DNA of 64,000 bases, from NCBI GenBank assembly GCA_964234715.1, contig OZ174275.1; one strand, 5' to 3'. The translations under genes were made by a program, and so were the position numbers. The stretch is from Podarcis melisellensis. Lineage: Eukaryota. The notes below the pieces were generated by a model. The model did no database searches, was not told the origin of the DNA, and was given only the letters and a program-made list of their open reading frames with translations. Shown piece by piece: positions 50,301-63,632 of this stretch. Position 1 is the stretch's first letter; the number at the start of each line of letters is the position of its first letter.

Positions 50301-53300
50301 TGTCATTTAAAGAAAAATCAGTTTGGGTTCTTGGACATTTTCACGTCTAAATGGATAAATAAAAAATGAGCCTTGCACTGCTGCAGAGACAAGTGTGAGG
50401 GCCTGCTCCTGTGATTCCCCATTGCTAACACTATGAGCACCCCAAGGATGCAACTTGGCAAATGGCATGCTAGAAATGCTGGCACGAGGTGTGTGTTTAC
50501 TCCATCAAGAATCCCGTTCTGTTACACAACCTTCAGAGCAGGGGGTGGAAAATCAGCTATGTTTCTTTTAAACACATGTTTTCTTTGCCAAAAGCAATTA
50601 CATATTCAAAGTGAAGGCAGCTAGAATTTTAACATGGCAGGCAGTCTTTTTCTTGTGAAAACCTATTGAATTTATTCCAAGTTTGTTTGCTTTTAAAACC
50701 CACTGACATAGTCCCTGCCTACTTACATTGATTTCCCACAACCCCATTAATTTTTAACTAAGTTTAATGTGAGCAAATGAAAGGCTGACAACATCACAGC
50801 AGGTTTTGAATTTTGATGACTGGTGGCGTATCCCAAAATCCAAGCAAAGTTCAGGGCCCCACTGTGGTAAATACTTGCTTTCTAGTCTTGAGCCTCTTGC
50901 TGCCTGCTACCCCTGCCTTCAATCAGACCCTCCCACCTAAGCCAGTCTAAAGTAAATGCTTAAAGAAGCCTGGTCACAATGTGTGTCAAGCCTGTAAATC
51001 GCCATTCAACTATAGTGACTCAGAATCACCTGCAGCCAACCAGACATTTTTAATATATAAATGGGAAGAGTATATGCCCTTTATTTTCTTTCAGCCTGTC
51101 AATTGCCACTAACAAAGGCATAAAGGGGAGGGTACAAGCCAATAGTAAAAGTATGTGTTAGCTAATTTTCACATTTGAGATATATGCCTGTTAGTATTTG
51201 GAATCTCCACACACTTTCTTCCATTGCCACAAGAGGCTGAATCCACAGAGGTAAGGAACTGAGAATGGTATAAAATGGGAAGACTACAGAAGTGAACCTA
51301 AAAGGATGAGGACCAGAGAATGAGAGATGAACTCCTTTAGTTGGCCCACCCACTTGGGACAAAGCCTCCAGGTCAGCAAGGTGCAGACATTCCCAGTCTA
51401 GGAAAATGTGCTCTCTATGTATCCACATTTCAACCTGGGGAATGGTCCAAGTTAGGTCTAGACCAGTTGCAATCCTATGCATATTTACACAAGAGCACGT
51501 TCCTCTGAAATAAGTTGGGGCGTACTTTGTAGAAAAAGATTGTAGCTTAATGACTAATCAGTTAGGCTTGCTTCAACCCAGTAAATGTGATAGGTTCTGG
51601 CTACAGCAAACTCTGCATGGCACCAAGGCTACACATAGACTAGCTCTCCTAAACTCACAAAGGAAGCCTGTGCCACCCAAAGCAAGATAATGTGTCTAAC
51701 CTTTAAAAATAAATAAAACAGTGTTATTCTTTCACAAAGAGATGTATGTTTTGGTCCGGAAATTAACATGCTCTCCAGACATCTCTCACCTTAGAACCCT
51801 TGTCTCAATGCAAGACCCAGAATCTGATTCATTACAGTATTTCACTCTAAACTCAGGTAAACTTGACTTTCTTATGGCCTGCATTGTTTAAAAAATGGAC
51901 TTTGCTCCTTTAAGGCTCGGTTCCAGCCCTTGACAGTCAATGCCAAGAAATTCCACTGCAGCCTGCAGCTTTTTGCCTTTGTTTGTTCTAAGATCCTAGA
52001 TACAGTTGCCCAGAACTGCCTACAGGTCCAACTGCCCTTTGCAGTCCTCTCTTCTTTTTTCATTTTCTCCTCACAGTTGCCTGAGCCACACCATTTGCCC
52101 CTTTTCCTGCTAGGCCACAACCCTCTCCTTTCCTCCATCATGGCCTACACACACATACAAACACGCAGGTAAACAAATACCCTCCTCAGTCAACTGAAGA
52201 TCAAAACAAATGATACAACTGCAAGAAGCATATGCCCCACCCCAGACCGTGCAAGATTGTACAATCCATTAGATAATTAAGAGGGGCAGCTTCTTGGATG
52301 CCCTAGCCAGCCTGGCACTGTGGTGTAATGCAGCACTGCAAGAAAAAGCTCCTTTTACTATAATGTCTTCCCATTATTGAGGAGGGAGGGTGTGTCTGCA
52401 AGAATGAAAGGAAACAGCATTAGTTGCTTCTGGAGCCCAAAGGGGGCTCTCAAAGGCCTGTATCAGGGGAGGTCACTCTCCAGATACTGTTGGATTACAA
52501 TGTCCATCATTCTCAGGCATCAGTTGGGGCTGATAGAAGTTGGGAGCCCAACATCTGAAGGGCTGCAGGTTCCTCAACTTTGTTCTACACCATTCACATT
52601 TACAGTTCTTTAGAAAATGTAGTGAAATATAGTTCCCAGAAAAATGAAGGGAGGAAGTGAACAAGTGCTTTATCATTGCCTGCTTCCGCTGCTACATGTG
52701 TAGGGGCAACCTGCATCACGCCTCAGAAAAGATGCGTATGAACTATTTCTGCACTTGTCTCACCGAAAAGAAAGATATGCAAGTACCTTCTTCCCATGTT
52801 ATGGTGGTAAAATGGCTCACTCATGCTTCCTCATCTTCTGCATAACTGCCTTCAGAAGTCAAGAGTAGTCAGACAGGTGCAGAGTTAAAACAGAGGCAGA
52901 TCGCATGGAGCCCCTGCAAAGTTTTCTTGCATGTTCAATACTGAACTTAAATTGCTGGTGATGGGTTCTGAAACAAAACTTTCGTCCCTGAGAAACACTT
53001 CAAGATAAAGGGCATTATGCAATCCCTACTGTAATCCAGTAAAGCATACTGAATAGTAAAATGTATTAGATTTTTTAAAATCTGACATTTCATGTACATT
53101 TTATTTTTTTTAAAAAAGTTAGACAGCAAATGAAATGATGCATTAAACAGATTTAAAAGTAACATAGAGAGCCATCTCTCTGGAATACATATTCATTTAT
53201 TTTCTGCCCTGCTATGTACTCTACTCCAACTGGTTTTTCAGTCTTGAAGCTCTTGCCAAATGTGCATATATATGGTGGGCAATGATGGGTGAAGTCTCTG

Positions 53301-54079
53301 AAATCTCTCATCTGTATTCAATGTTATTCCACCCAAGCAAAATCATTTCCAGCTGACTGTTTGCCCCAACCTTGTTGACCTAAGTAAGGCTTGGATTCCC
53401 AATGGCTGAGCCCTTAATCCAGGCACTGGATGAACCAAAAACCCCACAGCACAGGAAATGAACTCTTTGAAGGTGTGCCTACACAGTTAAGCCTAAAGTC
53501 CAGATAGCAAAAACTTCCCTCAGAAGCCATATACTTTTAGACTGTTTCCCACATTTTCTTCACTATTATCACAGCTATCCAGAAAGAGGAAGGGTCCAGA
53601 TTAGGCAGATTGAAACACACTGTGTTGCAGAATCCTGCTGTACAAAAGTTCATTCTTTTAATGTTTTCCCTTAACTGTTGTGATGGCCAGGATGTAGGCA
53701 GAAAGGTTTTTTTTATTTTAAACAGAAAGAAAACATTTAAGTGTATATAAGCCAACTGTATCCTTTAGGTTTCATGCTAAAGAAACATCAAGATACTAGT
53801 CAGGATTTTTAGTCAGAAATGTTTGGGTTCCTTAGCATTTCCAGCTTGCCCTTTTAATCTTGTGGCTCGCTCTGTTTTTGTTTCACTGCATTTATAAATG
53901 GTTGTCACACTTTCTGCACTCCACACCCTTGGATTCGCATGATGAAGAGGTGGTTAGGAAAAATGTTATGAAATAAACGGAAAAAATGCGGTCTTGAGAG
54001 AGGAATTTGAGCCACCCATGCATTTCAAAGCAAGAGGAACTCTACCCTCTGCTCTCTCTCCCTCACACACCAAGTTCGA

Positions 54080-54950
54080 GCTCACTCCCTCGGAGATCAA
54101 AACAACATTCACCTTCGTGGGCCTCGTACCTTCTTCTCCCCGCGCCGCCCTTTGCAAGCCTGACCCCAACCGAGGGGCCCCTTTCGGCGCTCCTGCACCG
54201 CCCACCCGCCTCCTCCTCCTCGAAGCAAAAGGCATCTTGGCTTCCCAAGACCTGCGCAAAGAGGAAGAGAAGTCTCCCATCCCTCGCACTCTCACCGAAG
54301 CCGCTTTCACTAACTTTGCGGGCCTCGCGCGCCCACATCTGCTCCCCTCCTCCTCGCTCAACTCCAGGGAGATTCAAACCTGCCCACCCAACCTTGCAAA
54401 AGCAAGCCCGCTTTCCTTGCTCCCGGCTTCAAGGCCAGAGCGCGAGGGTTGCCTTTGTTGCCGCTCCAGGTGGATGGATTTCCGCCGCCGCCGCCCGCCT
54501 CCCCTCCCCTCTTTCTGGCCACTTGCTTGCTTTCCTTCCCTTACACGCAAGCAACCTCGTGCGCGCACGATCCAACAAACCCCCGGGCCCCAGAGCCGGC
54601 GCAGACCTTTTTCCTCACGATGACGGTGGTCTTCTCTGTTCTCGGCGAGAATCCGTTTCCAGACAGCGCGGCGAGCGAGAATGCAAAGCAAGCGGCTACT
54701 ACTCCGCAGACCCCTCCCAGTTCTCGGCCCCTGCGGCTAATGGAATATTTTTAACTGTTTGAATAAACTCTGATCTTTCTCTGCGACGAGTCTGGGACGC
54801 CTAGCGGGAGAAGGCGATCATTGCCCTTCAGTTAGGCGGGGCAGAGGAAGTTTGAATCCTAGTCCTCAATCAGGACTAGGATTGTAGGAGCGACTGTTCT
54901 GAATGGAGGCGGATTATTCCTATACTGGATTCTCTAAGGGCGTGGCCAGG
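54080..54950 (-). promoter_or_regulatory. CpG island, probable CD151 promoter and non-coding first exon
   Basis: The only extended CpG-rich non-repeat region in the window. GC boxes at about 54835 (ggcgggg) and 54938 (gggcgtggcc). Several candidate minus-strand donors (e.g. cg|gtgaga at 54295, aag|gtacga at about 54130). The exact exon end is uncertain. Confidence 0.7.
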
Positions 54951-57900
54951 TCGATTATTTTTTAAATTGCTTTCTAATCCCACCTCTTTAGGGTGCATAT
55001 GCCCTCCCAAGGTGAGTTACAGCACCTCACATGAAACACAACATTTAAATTCTAACATTTAAAATAGCAGTAAAAACATTAAAGCAGACAAAAAAAAAAC
55101 ATGTGGCAAAACCATAAAATCACACAAATGCTCACTGGAATTCGTGTGGAACAGAAGGGATGGTACCTTTATTTTAAATTACTAGAGGCTGCAATCCCAT
55201 GCAGCTTTAAGGCACATTTCGAAGAGGTTGGACCAAAGTTGGTAAATTCTTTGATCTGCAAAATTGCGCCAGACAATCACCATTGATTACTAGTACAGTA
55301 AAATATGCAAGTCTTAAATCATATATTGTTTGATGACTACAATTAATCTTCTTCCTTGTGGTGCTTTTGTTGCTGCAGGTATGTATTTTCTCAGCACATA
55401 AACCACACCATTTTGTCCATGTTAAAATGCAACTTCTGTTTCCCTTTCTATCAGGATCCTGCCCACTGTGATAAATATGCTTACACATGTGTGTATGGTC
55501 CGGTTTGTACACTCAACAGAGTCAATTGGCAAAGCTTTTCCTGGATTGAGACACTTGTGAGTTTCTTCTATAAAGTTTCAATCACAAAGTTCAATCACCT
55601 TCCAAAGTTTTATACAGTACTCTTCAACCAACTACAACAAAGATTCCTGAGGCACCTTAAAACTAGCACATTTCACATAAGCTTTCACGAAGTAGAAGAG
55701 TTTTCTCCATCAGATGTTGGAGTCAAATGGCAATGGAATGCAAAAAGTGCACTCTGTAACAAGAGCTTGAGATAAGCAAATCAGGCTTCACAGTAGCAGG
55801 AGCAGAAAACCATTGTCACTATTCAGACCCAAATGAATAGAACGGAACTTCTTGATAAGTTATAATTCAGCAATTTCACATTGGATCCTCCTTTCAAAGT
55901 TTAATTTCTTTGTGGGAGGCCATCTTAAGGATAGTAGCAGTGTGTCCTGACAGGTTGAAATATTTGCCTACTGGTTTCTAATTATTGCCATTTCTGATGT
56001 CATATTTTTGTTTAGGAGACTTAGAGTGCACCTATAGTACCTTTGATGTATTGTATGTTCAATCCCCCCCAGAGTCTTAAGCAGAATTGTGCGTAAAATG
56101 TACTTAAAATACATTTTACATATTTTTGGTACCATTTCCCCATAGACTCTAAGAAGTGAATCTATCTTAAAATATGTAAAATACACGTGCAAAAAAATCC
56201 CACTGAGAGTGACAGCACATCATCAAGACTCCCTGTGAGATTTGCTGTGCTGATTTCAACAGGCGCTGCAGTAGGCGCCCCAAAGCAGTAGCGAGTCACT
56301 ATTTTCTTAATGTTCACATTTCTTTCTTTTTAAAAAAAAAATAAATCACAGTTGTAATTGGAAACACCTGGAAGGCACCAGGTTAGGGAAGAATAAGCAA
56401 CTAACTGTGGAAGTGCCGTAATTTTGGGTTAATTAATACACATGCACATTCCAGCACTTGCTTCATTTTAGTCCTTAATCCTCTGGCTTCCAGCAACAGA
56501 TGATCTACTGGTATAAGTGTGTTGTAATAAATCACTAATGACTATTGAGCCTATGTATTTGTCTCACTGACTCCCCTACTTCAATACAGTGTCTCCTATA
56601 ACAATACTGTCGGGCACTAGGCATGACGGGATGTGATAGTCATAGAAAAAACATTTCCCCTGCTAAAACATCTCTTTTTAGAATTGGAAGTGAGTCATCA
56701 TTTTCCTATTTAATATTGTCCAGAGGGAATGTATTTTCAGTGCATTATTGTAAATAAAGCCTGAGCGCCAAACTGGATATGACTTAAATGCCTCTGCTTG
56801 GAATGGAAAAGTTCAGTTGATCAAAATTCACTGAACTAATTCAAAAGTCTCCGAACTAAACCTGAAAGTACTTCCCATAATTGCTAAGTGATTTAAATAT
56901 GAATTAGATGCATTCTGAGGTAGAACTTAGAACAATTTTTAGTTCATTTTCCAGTTTCTTCTCTCCTCCCCCTGACAGGAGGCCCAGCCTTTTAGCTTTC
57001 TTTCTTTTGTTTTTAAAGGAAGTCAGTCTGATATCTGTCAGTATCTAACTGGCAACATCTAAATCTATCTATAGTGCTTAGTTTTAGTTTAATTTAAATG
57101 CCATTTCCCCACCATGGACTGTTCCCAATTTGTAATGTTGCATACACACCTTAAAATCAATACTTGATTTTAAAGTTATCGGTTATGAAAATGTTTTATG
57201 TGACCCAGGATTAACAACCTTTTGTGTACTATCAGTCCTACCATTAGGCAAATTGAGGCAATTGCCTCAGGAAGCAGATTTTGAGTGTCACAAAAAGGGC
57301 AGAAAAACATATTTTATTTTTTGTTATTTTGTTGTTACTCCCAGGGAAAGGCATTTGAGGGATTTTCTTCCTCTGGTGCAAAAATATGCTGGTAAGTCTT
57401 GGGTGCTACTACACACCTTGACTCAGGGTGAGCATGGTGCTTACTGTTCTGCCTCAGGCAGCAAAATGTCTTACACCAGCCCTGGTTGTTAAATGCGCCA
57501 TCTCTACTGACAGTGAAAGAGGAGAGATCGAATCTATGTGAGGTAATTCTTATGCTAATTGGGTGTAACACTTCCTTTTTTGGAAGCAATGAAAGAGTCA
57601 GGAGGGGTGGGGGACACATTACCTGTACTGAGAGTCACAAATTCCATTTCCCTTAGTGCCAGGCTTCCAAACACCTGACAGAATTATTTGAAGTGTGTGT
57701 GTGGGGGGGAAACATGCCTCACCCTTGTACAGTACAGCTGCTTGACTCAGAAAGCTTTTGGTCTACCTCAGAGCTCCTTAGGAAATGTAAGAACAACGCT
57801 GGACCAACTTCACAGGAATCTGAGTCATTTCTGAGGGAAAACTGAAACTCTTTTTTTACATGGCAAATCAAAGGAGCAGCTTCTGCTTTCACCTCCACTC

Positions 57901-58339
57901 CTCCCCCCCCCACCTCCAACCTCTGCAATGCATGTGACACATTTACAAACAGGGCAGACTTGAGGAAATATCTTAAAACCAAGACTGAAATGTTAATAGC
58001 TAATGCTCTAAGTAACTTTACCAAATATAAAGCTCAGCTACAAGTGATAGGGTTTTTTTTTTTTTTTAAAGAGAGCTTTCCCAGCACTTATACTCTAGGT
58101 GCATGAAATACTTCAGTCTGCACTGGTTCCTGCCAGTTCATGACTGACATGGATCAGCCTGGGCTGTGAAGATTGTATTGCTGGGATCCTCTTCTGCATT
58201 GTATTATTTATATGGTTGATTATTACAGGGATAGGAAACCTAACAAATGGGGTGCAAATGCTTCTTTATTGGACACCTGCTTCTTCAGGACATGCCCCCC
58301 CCAGCTTTGCACCCCAAGTGTTCTTGCTTCCTTCTCTGC

Positions 58340-58690
58340 ATTCATCATCTGAGGCCCTTCTTCATATACCTTTGCCACATGAGGGTGGCAACATGAGAAC
58401 AGGCCTTTTCTGTATTGGCTTCCCGTTTGTGGAACGCTCTCCCCAAGGTGGTTTGCCTGGTGCCTTCATTATATATTTTTAAGCACCAGGCGAAAACGTT
58501 CCTCTTCAACCAGGCGTTTGGCTGATTAATATGCTGCAGCCTTTTAAATGTGTCTGTGGAAAGGGGGGTATTGTTTTCCTGTTTTGTTTCATTTACAGTA
58601 CTTGTTTTTATCCTGCATTTTATTCAGTGAACCGCTCTGGGATTTAGATGGACAGTATATAAATGTAATAATTAATACAATAAATGAATA
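58340..58690 (+). mobile_element. L2-clade LINE 3' fragment
   Basis: Reads gaggcccttctt...aggccttttc...gtggaacgctctcccc...aaaacgttcctcttc...gtgaaccgctctg, followed by an A-rich tail. Confidence 0.75.
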
Positions 58691-60781
58691 AGAATGTGTC
58701 TTTAGCCTCTCATTTCTCTGGAAGGAAGACAGAGAGGATCGTGTGTAGAAACAAATTTACTGCACAAAATTAATATCTGACATTTGCTGCTCCTCCTACT
58801 TTTGCCTCTGGCCCCACCCATCTCTGGCATGCAGCACTTGAAAGGTTGCCCAAAATGGCTGAAAAAGTCTCCCCATCCCACTTCTGGTTCTTTGCACGTA
58901 TATCTTCTTTTCTCCAAGGACCTCCAAGCATGCGTGGTTCTCTCTCCTTTCTCCCTTTTATTTCCACAAAAGCCTGTGAGGGAGGGTTAGGCAAGTGACT
59001 CACCTAAGGGGGGAAAGGCCTAACATTCCCCAATAAGGGGTGGCATGCATTCTGGTTGCTCCCATGCCCCCTCCACGCTGCTCCAGGAGGTTAGGGAACC
59101 ACCTGAAGAGATTTGGGGGTTCACAGAGGGAGAACGTCCCGTTGAACAGGCAGAAGCCCTTGTACTAATAGGACAACGTGGCTGGGTACAACTCATGTGC
59201 TCTCCTTCACATGGGTAGTGAGGGTGCCATCACTGTCATTAGCCTGGGTGGGCACAATCAAGGGTGCCATCTTGAATAAAATATGGGGGAGGGGCACAGG
59301 TAAGCCCCGCCCTGCATAATCACATGACATGAGGCACGCAAACCATTTGAATGGCAATGCCCATCAACCGGGGGGGGGGGCAACCTCCTCAAATATTTTA
59401 TTTGAGTTCCTTGGCCCCTAGCAGTTGGCTCCCATGGGTACAATATACTAAAAAACCCTCTGTCCTTCCTTGGACACTCTAGTGAGGCCTGCCGTGTGAA
59501 GAAATTGCACATGTATTGGGCTTTAAGCTATTTCTACGCTGCCTTGATTTTTATTTAAAAGAAGGGCAGGATAAACTTGATGCCATACATAAAATTAGGC
59601 ATATTAAAAAAGGGTAGGGTGCACAGCCCACTGGATTAATCAATTAATTTTGCCCTAAATGCAGTCACATTGTAAAGTGTGTGGAGCAGCCTTCGCTAAC
59701 CTGCTGTCCTGCAGCATTTTTGAACTACAACTCCCGTCAGCCTCTGCCAGCGCTGCTGGAGGGCCCCAGATTGGCAAAGGAATAGGCACCTGAATTTCCC
59801 TTTAAGGCCTTCACACATTCCAAATATATTATCACGCCTTTGCTGACATCTTGGATAGCTGTTGTTGTTATGACACAGCACCACCGTGTGTTCACTTGAA
59901 TGAACAGCAAGTAAGGGCCTCCAATCTGTAATGTGTGTACAGTATATACAGCAGCATGTCAAGAACAGAAACTACCTCAAGGGCATTTCATTCGGCTTAG
60001 GCGGGGGGGGGGGGGAACCTCTTCACTCCACCCACGGGCCCTAGAAAAAGTAAAACAATAGGAATACTTAACTAACCAATCACATCAGTTCAGCCCCCCC
60101 AACAGAGTCCTGCCCCTTCTAACAAAAATCCTGACTATACCCATGACCCCACCCACCCTCCAGAGAACAGTGCTGCAGCAAACAATGCATAGAAGAGCTT
60201 CCCCGTTTACACACAGCTATCTTTAAATCCAATTGGATTATTGCATGTTTATCACAATACAGCATTAATTGAAATGTTTCCAAATAACAGACAGAACTAA
60301 GGGCTGATTTTGCTAACTCTAGAGGCCCATTTTGCTTAGATCTATAGCTTCGGTCAAGCCTTCATAGCAACTGAATTAAGTAAAATGGTATTATTCCTGG
60401 TCCACCTCTTATGTATACATTTCCATTCCTCCACTGCTCTTTATCAGTAATATTGGGGAGCCTACTTTTATTAGCAACCTGAGTCTTTGACCAGCTTAAA
60501 CAGACGTAACACATTTACAATACTATACAGTATGTCAGGATGGGGAGCCAGTGGCAACACAAGCCACATGGGTGGGGTATCAATAATAAATTTTTTAAAA
60601 TTATTTTTACTATGTTGCAGGAGTTCCAGTTCCCATCACCCGTGACCTTTGGCCAGGCCGGCTGGGCTGGTGTTAGTTGGGGTGCAATGATGTCTGGAGG
60701 GTACTAGGATCCCTATCACATGTCTATGCTTTGGTGGACTCAAGCACCCTTTGTTGGGTGCATGAAGTGAAATCTTAGATA

Positions 60782-61039
60782 CTGTATTTTTCGCTCTATA
60801 AGACGCACCGGACTACAAGACGCACCTAGTTTTTGGAGGAGGAAAACAAGAAAAAAAAATTCTGAATCTCAGAAGCCAGAATAGCAAGAGGGATCGCTGC
60901 GCAGTGAAAGCAGCAATTCCTCTTGCTGTTCTGGCTTCTGGGATAGCTGTGCAGCCTGCATTCGCTCCATAAGACGCACACACATTTCCCCTTACTTTTT
61001 AGAAGGGGAAAAGTGAGTCTTACAGAGCAAAAAATACGG
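60782..61039. mobile_element. Tc1/mariner-type MITE with internal hairpin
   Basis: TIRs ctgtatttttcgctctataagac / gtcttacagagcaaaaaatacgg with TA flanks. Internal stem cagaagccagaa...ttctggcttctg. Confidence 0.85.
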
Positions 61040-61229
61040 TAAATAAATGAGAAAAATGTAGGGTGGAAGTTGAACAGCAGTGAGATGCAAACCACAGTGA
61101 TAATTACAGCTTAAATACAACAGGCACACACAGCGGAATGGTGATAATTACTGAGGTGATTGTATTAGCACATGTAGCAGGGCAGGAAACCATTCACAAT
61201 AAGCAGGTATCTTATTAGTAAGCACCCAC

Positions 61230-61512
61230 AGGAGGTAGTGATGGCTACCAATTTGGATGGCTTTAAAAAAGAATTTGGCAAATTCATAGAGAACAAGGCT
61301 ATCAATGGCAACTAGCCATGATGGCTAGGTTCTACCTCCACGGTCAGAGGCATTATGCCACTGCATACCAGTTGCTGGAATCCCATGTGGGCAGAATGCT
61401 GTTGTGCTCATGCCCCGCCTGGATGCTTTCCACGGGGGTTTGTCTAGTTGGTCACTGTGAGAACAGCATGCCTCACCAGACCTGATCCAGAAGGCTCTTC
61501 TCATGTTCCTGA
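61230..61512 (+). mobile_element. CR1 3' end fragment
   Basis: Reads gtgatggctaccaatttggatggctttaaaaaagaatttggcaaattcatagag...ctatcaatggc, followed by CR1 3'UTR. Confidence 0.8.
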
Positions 61513-61681
61513 GCTCATGACTTACCATCATCTCCAGAGGTAGTCCTGCAATGCAGGAGGGAACTGCTTCAGGCAGAACCAGGAAGAGAAGGGAAGATGA
61601 AGGCAAGGAATTGATGCTTTTGGTGCAGTGAGACTATAGCAGAAAGCTGGTACCACTCCACTCCAGTTAACTCATTATCAC

Positions 61682-61687
61682 TTTATT
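61682..61687 (-). terminator. Candidate polyadenylation signal (AATAAA) for the Rab-domain gene
   Basis: About 360 nt after the stop codon. Another AATAAA lies at 62012-62017. Confidence 0.4.
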
Positions 61688-62043
61688 GTTGCACGACTCC
61701 ATTGCAATAACTTACACTTGCATAAATCACATTGTTTCTGAGTGTAGTCTTGAGACCCTGTGAAGTAGCTTGGATGGTTTTATAGGTAAGCCAATAATGC
61801 TGGATCTATGAGCTGTGATTTGAAGCACTTCCCTGAAGCATTGCGGAAAAAGCAGGAGCGATTTGCAGTTGCAAAAGATGTCATGTCACTTTGATACAGC
61901 ACTCTTTTCTTTCTTTCTTTTTAAAAAAGATCTTGACTCTTCCTTCAGTTCAATCACATTTATCCCTATCTTCTTGCAGGGAGGCAGCCAACTCTGTGCT
62001 TTAGGCTGTTCTTTATTTTCTAACATATCCCTGAACGATTCTG

Positions 62044-62128
62044 TTACAAACAGCATCCCTTCCTCTTGTTGTACTCCTCCAGGTGCAATGCCTGCTCTCT
62101 CTGCTTGTCCTCCTGTGCTGTCAGGATT
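62044..62128 (-). CDS. CRACR2B: Terminal exon of the same Rab-domain gene (ILTAQEDKQREQALHLEEYNKRKGCCL*)
   Basis: 85 nt (1 nt + 28 codons), phase-compatible with the 63633-63709 exon, acceptor gtgttgcag. Ends in a basic patch plus the CCx Rab geranylgeranylation motif and TAA. Confidence 0.8.
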
Positions 62129-63632
62129 CTGCAACACACACAAAATAGGAGGTCAGCACAGAAGGGAAGGAGTAAAGTAAGAGACAGGCAAATCTTGGCA
62201 CTAATCTCAAATTGAGGGGGGAAGGAGCATACATTATCTCAGCATGAAAGGATGAGTACTCTAGCATCACACTGATAATCCAAAAAGCCAGACTAAGCTC
62301 ACTGCTCTTTCAGAGACTTCCAGTGTACCTTAAAGCATCCAAGCCAATCCAAGCCAATCCAAATTCAAATCAAAGTGCATCTTTTGCAACTTATTTGGGA
62401 GCAATTCCTCCTGAACTTAATGGGCAATTCCTCCTGAACACTTCAGAGTGTGCATGTATTTGTTTGGACTGACAATCATCTTGAATTCAAGTATTCTCAA
62501 ACTGGCTTATGAGTTAATATGTGATATCTGCTGAGAGAAACGGACCTTTCTGGGGAATCTGCAAGTTAACCCAACAGGCAGAGCTGGCTCAGCCAGTAGA
62601 CAGGGTGAGGGTGCTACCTCAGGCAGCAGAAGCCCCCTGAGGCAACACCCCCCCCCATGTACCCTGTCTGCCCTGCCGCCTCTGCCAGCAGTGGAGAAGT
62701 GCTTCCGCCATCAGTGTCGATTTCAGACAAGTTTGAGTCCATTTCTGGCAAGATCTTGCCTGAAAACACGCAAGATCTTGTAGAGTATATAAGATCTCAC
62801 ACGATTTTCGGTGAGATCTCACTGAATCAGCACCAGTGGTGCTGCTGCTTCTCCACTAGTGCCAGATGTGGTAATGTATGCAGTGGCAGCAGAGTGGGCT
62901 GTGCAGGCAATGGCAGCAGCAGCTGGTATCATAGTGGCAGTGGGAGTAGGAGTGGCAGCAGCGGCAGGGGAAGGCAGCACTTCCAACAGGACAGATTTCC
63001 AGCATAGATCTGCTCCTGTCAGGAACTCCCAAGACAAAAACAAGAGACAGAACCTTAGCAAAGAATTAAGAACTTATGTAATCATTACATTGGCCATAGA
63101 TCTCCCCCACAAACCTTCCATTCCCCAAACACTAAAATGAAGTGCTAACATTCTGCCTGGTGAGATTGTGGTGGTGAAGCTCTATGGCAGGAGTTGTTAA
63201 CCTGAAGGCCTCTAGATGTTACTGGACCCCCAGCTCCCATTGTTCCTGACCATTGGCCATGCTGGCTGGGGCTGATGGGATCCAACAGCATCTTGAGAGC
63301 CACATGTTCCCCAGCCCTGCTGTATGGTATCTGAGCATCTTGCAGTCTTTAGTATATAATCCTATGGAGTATCCACCCTGTGATAAATGGAGTTTAACTA
63401 ACATTTGCAGTGTGGCAGTGCTCAAAGAACACCAGGCAACTGCAAAACACAGAGGAAGAAATTATCTCCACCCACTGGACTCTTACTGTTTAACTGGAAC
63501 CAACACACTGCTATGTTTTGTCATCTGTTGCTGTTTAACCAGGACCAAGCCTAGCAACTTTGCTGCAACTGGATGAGGAACTGAAGTGGCTTCTGCTCCT
63601 TTTCCAGTTTTATGGGAACTGTTTGCACAGAC

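Noticed and set aside
53966-54762. The longest ORFs in the track (209 aa and 251 aa on +, plus overlapping - ORFs)
   Set aside because: They overlap the GC-rich CpG island, where stop codons are depleted. Several frames are open at once, the products are Pro/Ser/Arg-rich, and there is no recognisable domain.
57723-57779. Possible minus-strand micro-exon between the Rab-domain gene and the CD151 promoter (read-through)
   Set aside because: Only AG and GTGAG motifs support it, and these are expected by chance.
61886-62143. 85-aa minus-strand ORF in the track
   Set aside because: Wrong frame. The real exon reads ILTAQED...KGCCL* in another frame.
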